A stretch of DNA of 64,000 nt from a bacterium (GTDB taxonomy: Bacteria; UBA8248). The translations under genes were made by a program, and so were the position numbers. Numbering within the stretch: position 1 is the stretch's first letter; each line of letters opens with the position of its first letter. This document shows positions 1 to 10,755 of the stretch, in pieces. Under the pieces are notes generated by a model. It worked only from the letters and a program-made list of their open reading frames with translations. It had not been told where the DNA came from and made no database searches. The DNA lies in NCBI GenBank assembly GCA_965199855.1, contig OZ241326.1, positions 960,001 through 1,024,000 of the forward strand. The letters run 5' to 3'.

Positions 1-57
1 CGCAAACGCCCCCGCGCCCGGTTTTTTTATGGAAACCCCCGCCGGTTCGATCTCCAC

Positions 58-445
58 CGTAGGGGCGGTTCGGGAACCGCCCGCGACACAAACGGAAAAC
101 AACGCGGGACGCATATATGCGTCCCCTACGGGTGAATCACGCCCTCCGCCCCCGTAGGGACAACCCCCCGTGGTTGTCCTTCGCCGGGTTTCGCCGCCTC
201 CGATGCGAATCCCTCCCCGAAACGGGCGGTTCACGAACCGCCCCTACGAAGGCGAATCGCGTTTGCCCTCCCCAACGGGCGGCCACAGGGGGCCGCCCCT
301 ACGACCCCCGTCACCCATAGACAACCATCCCGTAGGGGTCGTTCGGGAACGACCCGCAATCACCGCCGAACGACGCGGGACGCATGAATGCGTCCCCTGC
401 GGGCCGGGATTCGGATTCTGCGTAGGGGGCGCAAATTTGCGCCCC
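58..445. repeat. Cluster of GTAG-type REP-like palindromes (BIME-like mosaic)
   Basis: Several GC hairpins preceded by CGTAGGG or followed by CCCTACG, e.g. GTAGGGGCGGTTCGGGAACCGCCC, GGGACGCATATATGCGTCCCCTAC, GTAGGGACAACCCCCCGTGGTTGTCC, GTAGGGGTCGTTCGGGAACGACCC. Confidence 0.75.
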
Positions 446-540
446 GTTTGCGGCGTTGCGGCGCCGCGCCCGATCTCGTATGATGCGCGGAATCACCCGG
501 CGCGGACGCGCGAGCCGGGAATGAGACGGGGAGAGGCGCG

Positions 541-996
541 ATGACGGAGTTTGAACTGGCGACGACGGCTTTCCAGAACGCGACGATTGAGTTTCAGAAC
601 GCGACCCTCGAGTTTCAGAACGCGGCCCTTGAATTTCAGAAATGGGGGGTCGAGTTTCAGAAGTGGGGGGTGGCGGCGCAGTGGGTCGTCGGTCTTCTTC
701 AGGTCGCCCTGATCGCCTACGGCCTTCGCCTCATGGAGCGCGGCGGCGCGCGGCGCGCGGCGCTCTCCGAGCGCCAGCACGAGGAGACGATGGCGGCCCT
801 GAAGCGTCAGCACGAGGAGACGATGGCCGCCCTCGCCGAGGAGCGGGCCGCCTCGGAGCGCAGGCACGAGGAGGCGATGGCGGCTCTGAAGATCCAGCAC
901 GAGGGGACGATGGAAGCCCTGAAGCGTCAGCACGACGAGACGATGACCGCGCTCACGGAGCTCATCAGGCGCACGGGGAGCGGAGAGAACCCCTGA
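541..996 (+). CDS. Hypothetical repeat-rich coiled-coil protein with one hydrophobic segment
   Basis: RBS-like GAGG; 7-aa repeats (EFQNATL/EFQKWGV), hydrophobic stretch VVGLLQVALIAYGL, then ~5 RQHEETMAALK-type repeats. Confidence 0.7.
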   Translation: MTEFELATTAFQNATIEFQNATLEFQNAALEFQKWGVEFQKWGVAAQWVVGLLQVALIAYGLRLMERGGARRAALSERQHEETMAALKRQHEETMAALAEERAASERRHEEAMAALKIQHEGTMEALKRQHDETMTALTELIRRTGSGENP

Positions 997-1029
997 GCGG
1001 GGCGGATCGCAGGGACACCACAAAAAAAC

Positions 1030-1355
1030 CCCCTGTGGATGTCCTTCGCCGCCGCCGATGCGAATCCCTCCCCGAAACGGGCGGTTCCCGAATTGCGGGG
1101 CGGGCCCGAGGAGGGGCCGCCCCTGCGAAAACATGAAACCCTCGCCGCCCCCGCCGCAGGGGGCGTTCGGGAACGCCCCGCCGCCGATGCGAATGTCTCT
1201 TGAACATGGGCGGTGCCATCCCCTGCGGAACCGGCCCCGCGCCCCGGTTCCGGATTCCGGCCTTCGCCGGAATGGCGGGCTTTGCGGCGGCGTTCGCCGG
1301 AGGAGAAATCTCCGCCGAATGAACCGGCGCGGGACGCATATATGCGTCCCCTGCG
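1030..1355. repeat. Degenerate REP-like palindrome cluster
   Basis: Reuses blocks of 170-245 (CGATGCGAATCCCTCCCCGAAACGGGCGGTTC) and the GGGACGCATATATGCGTCCCC hairpin. Confidence 0.6.
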
Positions 1356-1429
1356 GGGGGCGGGGCGGCGTGATTCGATTGCAGGGCGCGCGCCCGCGCG
1401 CTTCCGGCGGGGCTTCGCGGGGCGCGGGG

Positions 1430-2563
1430 TCAGGCCGGGCCCCCGGCGTCGGCGGGAAGCCTGCGGGGATCGGCGAGCTGCCCGCACGCCGCCGAGATGT
1501 CGCCGCCCTTGGCGGCGCGCGCGGTGACGAGGACGCCGGCGGCCGACAGCTTCCGGCGAAACGCCTCGACGCGCCCGTCTTCGGGCCGCTCGAAGGGGGC
1601 GCCCGGAAACGGGTTCCAGGGAATCAGGTTCACCTTGCACCGAAGCCCGCGCAGCAGCCGGGCGAGGCGCGCGGCGTCGCGCTCCGAATCGTTGACGCTC
1701 CGGAGCAGGACGTATTCAAAGGTGACGCGCCGCCGCGCGCCCAGGGGCAGCTCCCGGCACGCGCCGATGAGCGCCTCCAGATTCCACTTGCGGCCGAGCG
1801 GCACGAGCCGCCCGCGCGTCTCGTCGTCCGCCGCGTGAAGCGACACCGCCAGGCCCGCCCCGGGAACGGCGGCGGCGAAGTCGCCCAGCCTGGACGCGAC
1901 GCCCACCGTGGAGACGGTGAGCCTTCGGGGGCTGACGCCCCCGGCCGCCGGATGGGTGAGAACGCGCGCGGCGGCGACGGAGGCGTCGAAATTGTCGAGC
2001 GGCTCCCCCATGCCCATGAACACGACGTTGTGAAAGCGCGCGCCCTCGGGCAGGAGCCTCCTCGCGGCGAGAAGCTGGCCGACGATCTCGCCCGCCGTCA
2101 GGTGCCTCACGAAGCCCATCCTCGCCGTGAGGCAGAACGCGCAGCCCATCGCGCAGCCCGCCTGGGTGGAGACGCAGAGCGACCACCGCCTCGCGCCGGC
2201 GGCGCTCCGCATCGGGACGCGCACGCTCTCCACCCGCGCGCCGTCCCGGAGGCGCCAGGCGTATTTCTCCGTCCCGTCGGCGCTCCTGCTCCGCCGGTCG
2301 AGCTCGAGCGCGCCTACGCGCGCCGCGGCCGAGAGCTTCTCCCGCAGGCTCCCGGGGAGGTTCGTCATCCGCGAGAAGTCCCTCGCGCCGCGCGCGTAGA
2401 GCCATGAGAACAGCTGCCGCCCCCTGTATGCGGCCTCGCCCATCTCCTCGCACAGGGAGACGAGCGCCTCCTCCTCCATGCCGAGGAGGTCGAGGGGTTC
2501 GGCGAGCCCCGTCCGCTCCCCCGCGGCGACTGCCCCCGCGTCCCGCTTCATCGCTTCGCCCAT
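1430..2563 (-). CDS. rlmN: Radical SAM 23S rRNA/tRNA m2A methyltransferase
   Basis: CVSTQAGCAMGCAFC, VFMGMGEPL, SLHA, FEYVLL, VNLIPWN, ISAACGQL motifs. Confidence 0.95.
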   Translation of the reverse strand: MGEAMKRDAGAVAAGERTGLAEPLDLLGMEEEALVSLCEEMGEAAYRGRQLFSWLYARGARDFSRMTNLPGSLREKLSAAARVGALELDRRSRSADGTEKYAWRLRDGARVESVRVPMRSAAGARRWSLCVSTQAGCAMGCAFCLTARMGFVRHLTAGEIVGQLLAARRLLPEGARFHNVVFMGMGEPLDNFDASVAAARVLTHPAAGGVSPRRLTVSTVGVASRLGDFAAAVPGAGLAVSLHAADDETRGRLVPLGRKWNLEALIGACRELPLGARRRVTFEYVLLRSVNDSERDAARLARLLRGLRCKVNLIPWNPFPGAPFERPEDGRVEAFRRKLSAAGVLVTARAAKGGDISAACGQLADPRRLPADAGGPA

Positions 2564-2807
2564 GGCGTCATGGTTCGTCCTCTCTCCTCGCTTCCCGCCC
2601 GCATCATATCACGGCGCGGCGCCCGTCTTCGCGCTTGCGCGCCCCCTCATGGTCGCCTATTCTGGGAAAAAGGCGGGGAGCCGCGTCCCGAGGCGGAGGT
2701 TCCGGCTGAACGGCCGGATTTCCCTTGTCCCTCATCCCCGGCTTCGCCCGAGCCGCAGGGAAGGCGTCCGGGCGCCGCCCTTGAACACGCTCCCGGGAAC
2801 GCGCTCC

Positions 2808-3539
2808 ATGAGCCTTGTCGTCATCGCGCCGCTCGCGATCTATCTCCTGCTTCTCGCGCCCGAAGTGGCCGACCTGCTCCGGGGGCGCGGCGGGCGCGGA
2901 CGGGCCGGATGGCGGCTCCCCTTCGCCGGAATCGCCCTGGCCGGCGCGCTCGCGCTCTGCGCCTACCCCCGGGCGCTTCTCCCGGAGTGGGAGAAGCGAA
3001 AAGCGATTCCGATTCCCGGCAGGAAAGCGGGCATCGACGATTCCATGCCCCCCGGGACGGGGCGCGCCGGCGTATTCTGGCACATCCACTATTTCTCGAA
3101 GCATTACGGGGTGGACCCCCTGCTGGTGCGCGCCCTCATCGAGGTGGAGAGCGAGTTCAACCCGAGGGCGGTCTCGCGCATGGGCGCGAAGGGGCTGATG
3201 CAGATCAACCCGCTCACGGCGAAGCACCTGGGAATCAGCGACGTCTTCGACGTCCGCGAGAACATCGAGGGCGGCGTGCGCTACCTGCGGCACCTGCTGG
3301 AGCTATACGGATGGAATCTGCGCATGGCGCTGGCTTCCTACAACGCCGGCCCCGCCAACGTTCAGCGCTACAAGGGAATTCCCCCCTTCCCGGAGACGCG
3401 CCGGCACGTCGCGCGGGTCATGGCGGCGTATGAGCGCCTCAAGAGAACGGAGCGGGCGTTCGGCGGCAAGGCCCGGCGCGCCCCTGCGCTTCCGCAGTCG
3501 CCCGAAGCCCGGACGAAGGCGGACGAGCGGGCCCGCTAG
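2808..3539 (+). CDS. Lytic transglycosylase (SLT domain) with N-terminal membrane segments
   Basis: LIEVESEFNPRAVSRMGAKGLMQ, ALASYNAG, PPFPET; start chosen at ATG 2808. Confidence 0.88.
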   Translation: MSLVVIAPLAIYLLLLAPEVADLLRGRGGRGRAGWRLPFAGIALAGALALCAYPRALLPEWEKRKAIPIPGRKAGIDDSMPPGTGRAGVFWHIHYFSKHYGVDPLLVRALIEVESEFNPRAVSRMGAKGLMQINPLTAKHLGISDVFDVRENIEGGVRYLRHLLELYGWNLRMALASYNAGPANVQRYKGIPPFPETRRHVARVMAAYERLKRTERAFGGKARRAPALPQSPEARTKADERAR

Positions 3540-3900
3540 GGCGGCCCCGCGCCCCCTACGGGCGAGGCGGCAACGGTTTCGTAGGGGACGCATTCATGCG
3601 TCCCGCCCGCCGATCGGCGGGGATGCTGGTTTCGCGTTTCCGTAGGGGCGGTTCGCGAGCCGCCCGTTTTAGACAGTGGGGGACGACAACTTGGCGATTG
3701 TCCGTTTGGTTGGTGGGGCGGGGCGTTCCCGAACGCCCCCTACGGGATTTTCGCGCGGCGGCGGGAGGTGAACCCGGCGAAGGACAACCACAGGGGGTTG
3801 TCCCTACGATCCGCATTACAACCCGGAACGGGCCGCGAGGATGCGCCCCCTACCGTGAAGGTGTGACGGTTTCGTAGGGGCGCATATATGCGCCGCCGCG
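3540..3900. repeat. Cluster of GTAG-type REP-like palindromes
   Basis: GTAGGGGACGCATTCATGCGTCCC, GTAGGGGCGGTTCGCGAGCCGCCC, GGGGCGTTCCCGAACGCCCCCTAC, GGACAACCACAGGGGGTTGTCCCTAC between convergent genes. Confidence 0.75.
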
Positions 3901-3912
3901 CTTCCCTGCTTC

Positions 3913-5010
3913 TCAGGGAGGCGGGAGGGGCGCGCCGTAGAGCAGGGTCGCGTCGCCGCCCAGGAGCCGGCTCCTCATGGGGCGGAACCTGCGTATCCAG
4001 GGCGCGAGGGCGGGCTCCCGGCGGCGGGCGTAGCGCGCCTCCATCCAGGCGAGCTTCGAGCCGTCGAGGCGCCCCACCCAGTTCTGCCGCTTTCCGGTTT
4101 TGAGGACGAAGAACGCCGGATCCGAAAGCCCCGCCGCCGCGCGGGCGACGAGCCGCGCGAGGGGGGCGTCGTCGAGGGCGTATCCGTTGCGCGCGCCGAG
4201 TTCGGCGATCATCGCCAGCGCCGCCGCCGCGTAGAGGTGATAGTGAAGCGCCTTCGAGCCGCGCGCGAGTTCGAGCGGCAGCGCGCCCTCGGCGGTTATC
4301 TGGCGCATGGCGGCGCGGAAGCGCGACATCGCCCAGTCGAGGAGGCGGCGGTCGCCGACGACGACGGCGGCGAGTCCGACCGACCAGGCGGCCCAGTAGG
4401 CGTGGTTGTTCCTGCGGCTCGTCAGGCGGGCCTTGGCGGGATCCGCGTAGTCCGCGTGGACGAGGCGCGCCCATTCGCCGATCCACCGCTCGACCGCTCC
4501 TTTCCGCGCGGCGTCCAGCCCCCGGGCGCCGCGAATCTTGAGATAGGCCATCGAGATCGCGCCGAGCGCCCATTTGCGCTCGTAGCCCCCCTGCCGGCTG
4601 ACCCGGCCCAGAAAGGCGCCCGCCCGCGCCCAGCGGTCGAGCCACGCCAGCGCGCAGGCGGCGATTCGCGGGCGTCGCGTCTCGAGGTAGCGGTCGGTTC
4701 GCGCGAGGAGGGCGCGCTGAAAGGAGCGGACGGGAGCGCGCGCCGCGCGGTAGCGGCGCATGGCGGCGGGGTCGATGACGGAGGAGCCGCTCCCCTTCGC
4801 GTAGAAGCCCCGGAAGGTCAGGTCGCGCACGGGCGGGGGAGGCGCGCCGCAGGGGGCTTCGCGCCCCTGCTCCCCCTGCGCGCCGCGCGGCTTCGGGAGA
4901 TCGAAGGGCGGCTTCAGGCGGGCGCGGGACGCCGCCGGCGGGACGCCGCGCTCCGCCGCCGCGCACGCGCCCAGGGCGAGGCAGACGATGAGCGGGAGGA
5001 GGCGCTTCAT
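3913..5010 (-). CDS. Alginate lyase family (PL5/AlgL-like) lipoprotein
   Basis: Lipobox LALGAC; NNHAYWAAW and LPLELARGSKALHYHLYA motifs typical of AlgL-type lyases. Confidence 0.8.
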   Translation of the reverse strand: MKRLLPLIVCLALGACAAAERGVPPAASRARLKPPFDLPKPRGAQGEQGREAPCGAPPPPVRDLTFRGFYAKGSGSSVIDPAAMRRYRAARAPVRSFQRALLARTDRYLETRRPRIAACALAWLDRWARAGAFLGRVSRQGGYERKWALGAISMAYLKIRGARGLDAARKGAVERWIGEWARLVHADYADPAKARLTSRRNNHAYWAAWSVGLAAVVVGDRRLLDWAMSRFRAAMRQITAEGALPLELARGSKALHYHLYAAAALAMIAELGARNGYALDDAPLARLVARAAAGLSDPAFFVLKTGKRQNWVGRLDGSKLAWMEARYARRREPALAPWIRRFRPMRSRLLGGDATLLYGAPLPPP

Positions 5011-6227
5011 CCCCGACGGCGTCCCGCCCGCCCGGCGTGGATGAGCCAGGCGAGGCCGGTGGCGACGAGGCAGAGCGCGGCGTAGAAGAGGAACGATTCG
5101 CGCAGACCCGCCGCCTGGGCGATGAGCCCCCCCAGAAAGGGCGACGCGACCGAGGCCGCCTCGTTCGCCGCGTACATGAGGCCGACCGCGCTCGCGCGGT
5201 TTTTCTCCCGCGTCTCGCCCGTGGTCAGCGCGAGCATGAGGCTCTGGGAGGGATTCAGCCCCGCGCCCAGAAGCGCCAGCAGGCCGAAGGAGACGAATAT
5301 CGACTCGGCGCGAGAGAGGAGGGCGAGCGCCAGGGCGCTCGCCGCCATCATGCCGAGGAGAACGCGCGTCTCGCTTCCGCCGTCCGCGCGCTTTCCCCAG
5401 AAGAGGGCGAAGGCGGCGCCGACGAGAAAATAGCCCGTGATCGCCCAGCCGATTTCGATGGTGCCCAGCCCCATCTCCTCCGCCAGCAGCAGGGGCAGGA
5501 AGGTCATGACGCCCCTGAGGCCCATCACCCGGCAGGAGGAGAGCAGCGTCATCAGAATCATGAAGCGATCGCCCAGCAGTTCGCGCGTCGTGGACTTCGC
5601 CGCCTTCGCCATCGAGGCGCCCGCGCCGGGGGCGTCGCGGAACCTGAGCCAGACGACGAGGGCGCAGACGGCCCCCGGCAGGACGAAATACCGCGACGCG
5701 GCGCGCCAGCTCCCCAGATGCGCCGTGAGCCAGCTCATGATCGCGGGCGTCAGGACGCTGCCGAAGTCCCCGCCCGCCTTGAACGCGCCCATGACAAGGC
5801 CCCTGTTTCCGTGATTTTCCCGGGCGAGGAGCGAGACCGCCGCCGGGTGGTAGGCGGAGCAGCCCAGGCCGCTCAGGAATACGAGGGCGAGCAGCCCGGC
5901 GTAGGTGGCCGAATCGCCGTAGAACCAGACGGGCAGGGCGTTCGCGAGCAGGGAGAGCGCCAGAATGAGGCGGGTTTTTCCCGTAAAATCGCCCAGAAAG
6001 GAAATCGGCCACTGGAACAGGCCGCTTGAGAGGGCGTAGATGGAGGCGATGAGCCCCGTCTGCGCGTAGTTCAGGCCGAAGTCGGCCATGATGAGCGGCA
6101 GGACGGGGGTGAGCATCCGGCCATAGACGGAGTTCGCCGCGTGGCTCGCCGAGATGGCGAGGACGCCGCCGCCTGCGTTCATGCGCGCTCCCGGGGCGGG
6201 CGATTCAGCGAGGACGGGAGTCTTCAT
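5007..6227 (-). CDS. MFS transporter
   Basis: ~12 hydrophobic helices, GLGCSAYHP motif; start could be 6182; stop overlaps the lyase start (ATGA). Confidence 0.85.
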   Translation of the reverse strand: MKTPVLAESPAPGARMNAGGGVLAISASHAANSVYGRMLTPVLPLIMADFGLNYAQTGLIASIYALSSGLFQWPISFLGDFTGKTRLILALSLLANALPVWFYGDSATYAGLLALVFLSGLGCSAYHPAAVSLLARENHGNRGLVMGAFKAGGDFGSVLTPAIMSWLTAHLGSWRAASRYFVLPGAVCALVVWLRFRDAPGAGASMAKAAKSTTRELLGDRFMILMTLLSSCRVMGLRGVMTFLPLLLAEEMGLGTIEIGWAITGYFLVGAAFALFWGKRADGGSETRVLLGMMAASALALALLSRAESIFVSFGLLALLGAGLNPSQSLMLALTTGETREKNRASAVGLMYAANEAASVASPFLGGLIAQAAGLRESFLFYAALCLVATGLAWLIHAGRAGRRRG

Positions 6228-6452
6228 ACCACCGATTGCGGCGTCCGGGGAAGGAAGCCGGACGAAAGGTCGGGAGACGGGCGTCCCCGGCGGGGTTTTC
6301 GGGCGGCGCTCCTGTTGACATTTTCGGGCGGCGCGACTACAAGTTGGGTCGGCATCATCGCCGAAAACTGAACCGACGCTCCGAAGCTTCCCGCCGCGGG
6401 GAGCGCGCGTCCGTTCGCGTCGCTTCAACGTCGAAGGAGAGGGAGAAGAAAG

Positions 6453-7469
6453 ATGAAAAGACTGGCTGTTTCGCTCGCGGCTGCGTTCGCGCTCTGCTCG
6501 GCAGGCGCCGCGCTCGCCGCAACGCTGGACGAGGTGAAGAAGAGCGGGGCGCTCAAGTGCGGCGTCTCGACCGGCCTGCCCGGCTTCGCCGCCCCCGACG
6601 ACAAGGGCGTGTGGCGGGGCTTCGACGTGGACGTCTGCCGCGCCGTCGCCGCCGCCGTGCTCGGCGACCCGAAGGCCGTGAAGTTCACGCCCCTCACCAC
6701 GAAGAACCGCTTCCCGGCGCTGGCCGCCGGCGAGATCGACCTGCTCTCGCGCAACACGACCTGGACGTTCTCGCGCGACGTGAACCTCAAGTTCGAGTTC
6801 GTCGGCGTGAACTACTACGACGGACAGGGCTTCATGGTGCGCAAGGCGCTGGGCGTGAAGTCGGCGAAGGAGCTGAACGGCGCCTCGGTCTGCATCCAGA
6901 CGGGGACGACGACCGAGCTGAACCTGGCGGACTTCTTCCGCTCGAACGGCATGAAGTATGAGCCGATCACCATCGAGACGAACGCCGAGGCGCGCGCCGG
7001 CTACGAGGCGGGGCGCTGCGACGTCTATACGACGGACGCCTCCGGGCTGGCCTCGACCCGCGCCGTCCTCAAGGACCCGAAGGCGCACGCCATCCTGCCG
7101 GAAATCATCTCGAAGGAGCCCCTGGGGCCCGTCGTCCGCCACGGCGACAACCAGTGGGGCGACGTCGCGCGCTGGGTGCTGAACGCGCTCATCATCGCGG
7201 AGGAGAAGGGCGTCACCGCGGCGAACGCCGACTCGATGGCGACCGGCTCGAAGGATCCGGAAGTGCGCCGCCTGCTGGGCACCGAGGGCGAATACGGCAA
7301 GATGCTGGGCCTGCCCAAGAACTGGGCGGCGCGCGCCATCAAGGCCGTCGGCAACTACGGCGAGATATTCGAGCGCCACATCGGCCCGAAGACCAAGATC
7401 GGGCTCGAGCGCGGCCTGAACCAGCTGTGGAGCAAGGGCGGCATCCTCTACGCGCCCCCGTTCCGGTAA
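6453..7469 (+). CDS. aapJ: General L-amino acid ABC transporter substrate-binding protein (AapJ/BztA)
   Basis: Signal peptide; LKCGVSTGLPGF, SRNTTWT, GTTTE, ISKEPLGP, GILYAPPFR. Confidence 0.92.
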   Translation: MKRLAVSLAAAFALCSAGAALAATLDEVKKSGALKCGVSTGLPGFAAPDDKGVWRGFDVDVCRAVAAAVLGDPKAVKFTPLTTKNRFPALAAGEIDLLSRNTTWTFSRDVNLKFEFVGVNYYDGQGFMVRKALGVKSAKELNGASVCIQTGTTTELNLADFFRSNGMKYEPITIETNAEARAGYEAGRCDVYTTDASGLASTRAVLKDPKAHAILPEIISKEPLGPVVRHGDNQWGDVARWVLNALIIAEEKGVTAANADSMATGSKDPEVRRLLGTEGEYGKMLGLPKNWAARAIKAVGNYGEIFERHIGPKTKIGLERGLNQLWSKGGILYAPPFR

Positions 7470-7609
7470 GCGCTTCGGAAAAGCCGTGAGCCTCCTTCGC
7501 GGAGCGGGCTTCGAGAGGCGGGGCATGACGACGCGAGCCGGAATGCCCCGCCTCTTTTCGCTTTCGCGGCGCGCGCGGGAGGGGGCTTCCCCGACGGAAG
7601 GCGGGCGCG

Positions 7610-8791
7610 ATGGCGAATGAGGCGGCGGCGCCGGGCGGGCGCGAGTCGATATGGACCGACCTGCGGTTCCGCTCGATCCTGACGCAGACGCTCGCCCTGG
7701 GCGTCGCGGTGCTCGTCCTGTACGGGCTGACCTACAACGCCGCGCGGAACATGGGCAGCCTGGGCAAGGAGATCAGCTTCTGGTTCCTCACCCAGCCGGC
7801 GGGCTTCGACATCCCGCTGACGCTGATTCCCTACTCGCCGACCTCTCCGGTCATCGACGTCTATTTCGTGGGGCTTCTGAACACCCTCCTGCTGTCGAGC
7901 CTGGGCTGCGTCCTAGCGACGGCGCTCGGCTTCGTTCTCGCCCTGATGCGGCTCTCGAAGAACTGGCTGCTCAGCCGAATCGTCTATTGCTACGTCGAGT
8001 TCATGCGGAACATCCCGCTGCTTCTCCAGATCATCTTCTGGTACGCGGTGCTTCTGGGGCTTCCGCGCTGGAGCCGCGCGGACAGGCCCCGGTTCGGCTT
8101 CTATCTGAACAACCGGGGCCTCTTCGGCCCGGCCCCCGATTTTCAGCCGGACTTCTGGTGGGTGGCGCTGGCGTTTCTCGCGGCCGCCGCCGCGTCGATC
8201 GTCCTCCGCAGGCGGGCGCGCGCGCGGCAGGAGGCGACCGGCAGGACGTTTCCCGTCTTCTGGACGTCGGTCGCCCTTCTGGCGGGCCTGCCGCTGGCGG
8301 CCTGGCTTCTGACCGGCGGGCCGGTCGAGCTGCTCCACCCCCGGGCGACGCGCTTCAACCTGCGGGGCGGCATGGTGGTGCGCCCCGAGTTCATCGCCAT
8401 CCTCCTCGCGCTCACGCTCTACACCGGCGCCTTCATCTCCGAGATCGTCCGCGCCGGCGTCCTGGCGGTCCACAGGGGACAGACGGAGGCGGCCCTCGCC
8501 CTGGGACTCAGGCGGAGCCTGAACATGCGGCTCGTCGTCATTCCGCAGGCGATGCGGGTGATCATCCCCCCGCTCACGAGCCAGTATCTCAACCTCACGA
8601 AGAACTCCTCGCTGGCCTACGCGGTCGGCTTCGCCGAGCTGTTCGCCGTCTATGCCGGCATCGCGCTGAACCAGACGGGCAAGGAGATCGAGATCATGGC
8701 GATGACGATGGCGACCTATCTCGTCATCAGCCTGCTCATCTCGGCCTTTATGAACTGGTACAACAGGCGCGTGAAGCTGATGGAGCGATGA
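7610..8791 (+). CDS. aapQ: Amino acid ABC permease (AapQ/BztB)
   Basis: RNIPLLLQ, GQTEAALALG EAA loop, YLNLTKNSSLA. Confidence 0.9.
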   Translation: MANEAAAPGGRESIWTDLRFRSILTQTLALGVAVLVLYGLTYNAARNMGSLGKEISFWFLTQPAGFDIPLTLIPYSPTSPVIDVYFVGLLNTLLLSSLGCVLATALGFVLALMRLSKNWLLSRIVYCYVEFMRNIPLLLQIIFWYAVLLGLPRWSRADRPRFGFYLNNRGLFGPAPDFQPDFWWVALAFLAAAAASIVLRRRARARQEATGRTFPVFWTSVALLAGLPLAAWLLTGGPVELLHPRATRFNLRGGMVVRPEFIAILLALTLYTGAFISEIVRAGVLAVHRGQTEAALALGLRRSLNMRLVVIPQAMRVIIPPLTSQYLNLTKNSSLAYAVGFAELFAVYAGIALNQTGKEIEIMAMTMATYLVISLLISAFMNWYNRRVKLMER

Positions 8792-8795
8792 CGCC

Positions 8796-9923
8796 GTGAG
8801 CGGGACGAACCCGAAGGCCACGGAGAGCGGCGCCGTCTGGCGTCCCCGGCCTGGCCGCCCGCCCCCGCCGACGATGGTGGGCGCGCTGGGCTGGATGCGG
8901 GAGAACCTCTTTTCGAGCTTCTTCAACGGCTGCCTCACCTTCGCCTCGCTCGCGTTCCTCCTCCTCACGGTTCCGCCGCTGCTCGACTGGATGATCTTCG
9001 AGGCCGCCTTCGGCGCGGCGAGGGAGTCGTGCGCGGGCGCCTCCGGCGCCTGCTGGTCGGTCGTCATCGCCCGCTGGGATCAGCTCATGTACGGCTTCTA
9101 CCCCGAAGCCGAGCACTGGCGCCCCAACCTGGCCTTCTGCCTTCTGCTGGCCGCCCTCTACTACGGGCTCTACGACGGGGCGCCGGGCCGCAAATACGGG
9201 CTCATGTTCTGCGCCGCCTTTCCCTTCATCGCCTACTGGCTCCTCTACGGCGGCTTCGGCGGGCTCGCCTTCGTCGAGTCGGCGAAGTGGGGGGGGCTTC
9301 TGCTCACCATCACGATGGGGGTCACGGGCATCTCGGTCTCGATTCCCCTGGGCGTTCTGCTCGCGCTCGGGCGCCGCTCGGAGATGCGCGTCATCAGCGG
9401 GATGTGCGTCGTCTTCATCGAATACATCCGGGGCGTGCCGCTCATCACCATCCTGTTCTTCTCCAACATCGCGCTGCCCCTGTTCCTGCCCGAGGGGGTG
9501 ACCATCGACGGCTATCTGCGGGCGGTGGTGGGCATGTGCCTGTTCGCCTCGGGCTACATGGCGGAGGTCATCCGCGGCGGCCTCCAGGCGATACCGCGGG
9601 GGCAATACGAGGCGGCCGACGCGCTGGGCATGGGATACTGGCGGACGACGGCGCTCATCGTCCTGCCGCAGGCGCTGCGGATATCCATCCCCGGCATCGT
9701 GAACACCTCCATCGCCCTCTACAAGGAGACCACCCTGGTCGCCCTCGTCGGGCTGTTCGACCTGCTGGGCATCTCGCGGGCGATCGTGGCGGATCAGGAA
9801 TGGCTGGGGCTCGACGTCGATCTCTACGTCTTCATCGCCGTCGGGTTCTTCATCTTCTGCTTCTCGATGTCGCGCTACAGCCTGTGGCTGGAGAAGAGGC
9901 TCGCGCGCGGGGAGGATCGATGA
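8796..9923 (+). CDS. aapM: Amino acid ABC permease (AapM/BztC)
   Basis: [26 protein letters not shown]. Confidence 0.9.
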   Translation: MSGTNPKATESGAVWRPRPGRPPPPTMVGALGWMRENLFSSFFNGCLTFASLAFLLLTVPPLLDWMIFEAAFGAARESCAGASGACWSVVIARWDQLMYGFYPEAEHWRPNLAFCLLLAALYYGLYDGAPGRKYGLMFCAAFPFIAYWLLYGGFGGLAFVESAKWGGLLLTITMGVTGISVSIPLGVLLALGRRSEMRVISGMCVVFIEYIRGVPLITILFFSNIALPLFLPEGVTIDGYLRAVVGMCLFASGYMAEVIRGGLQAIPRGQYEAADALGMGYWRTTALIVLPQALRISIPGIVNTSIALYKETTLVALVGLFDLLGISRAIVADQEWLGLDVDLYVFIAVGFFIFCFSMSRYSLWLEKRLARGEDR

Positions 9924-9949
9924 GGCGCGAGGGGGAAGGAGGCGGCGGG

Positions 9950-10696
9950 ATGGGCGCGGAGGATTCGGCGGTCGAGATGCGCGGCGTCAACAAGTGGTTC
10001 GGCGCCTTCCACGTCCTGAAGGACATCAACCTGCGGGTCGCGCGCGGCGAGCGCATCGTCATCTGCGGGCCTTCGGGCTCCGGCAAGTCCACCCTGGTGC
10101 GGTGCCTCAACCGGCTGGAGGAGCACCAGGAGGGCGACATCGTCGTCAACGGGGTGCGGCTCACCAACGACCTCAGAAACATCGACGAGGTGCGCTCCGA
10201 GGTCGGCATGGTGTTCCAGAGCTTCAACCTGTTTCCCCACCTGACGGTTCTCGAGAACTGCGCCCTGGCGCCCGTCTGGGTGCGGAAGATTCCCAGGAAG
10301 GACGCCGAGGAGACCGCCATGCGCTACCTGGAGCGCGTCAAGATTCCCGAGCAGGCGGACAAATACCCGGGGCAGCTCTCGGGCGGCCAGCAGCAGCGCG
10401 TCGCCATCGCGCGCGCCCTGTGCATGGACCCGCGCGTCATGCTCTTCGACGAGCCGACCTCCGCGCTCGATCCCGAGATGATCAAGGAGGTGCTCGAGGT
10501 GATGGTGGGCCTCGCTGAATCGGGCATGACGATGCTTTGCGTCACCCACGAGATGGGCTTCGCGCGCGAGGTCGCCAACCGGGTGATCTTCATGGACGAG
10601 GGCGAGATCGTGGAGCAGAACGAGCCCCAGCAGTTCTTCATCAACCCCCGGCACGACCGCACCAAGGCGTTTCTGAACCAGATCCTCAGGCACTGA
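9950..10696 (+). CDS. aapP: Amino acid ABC ATP-binding protein (AapP/BztD)
   Basis: [26 protein letters not shown]; RBS AAGGAGG before 9950 (alternative start 9920). Confidence 0.92.
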   Translation: MGAEDSAVEMRGVNKWFGAFHVLKDINLRVARGERIVICGPSGSGKSTLVRCLNRLEEHQEGDIVVNGVRLTNDLRNIDEVRSEVGMVFQSFNLFPHLTVLENCALAPVWVRKIPRKDAEETAMRYLERVKIPEQADKYPGQLSGGQQQRVAIARALCMDPRVMLFDEPTSALDPEMIKEVLEVMVGLAESGMTMLCVTHEMGFAREVANRVIFMDEGEIVEQNEPQQFFINPRHDRTKAFLNQILRH

Positions 10697-10755
10697 TCCC
10701 CGCGTCCGCCCGCGCGAATGCGGCGGCGCGGCTCCGATTCCGGGAGGAAATTCCG

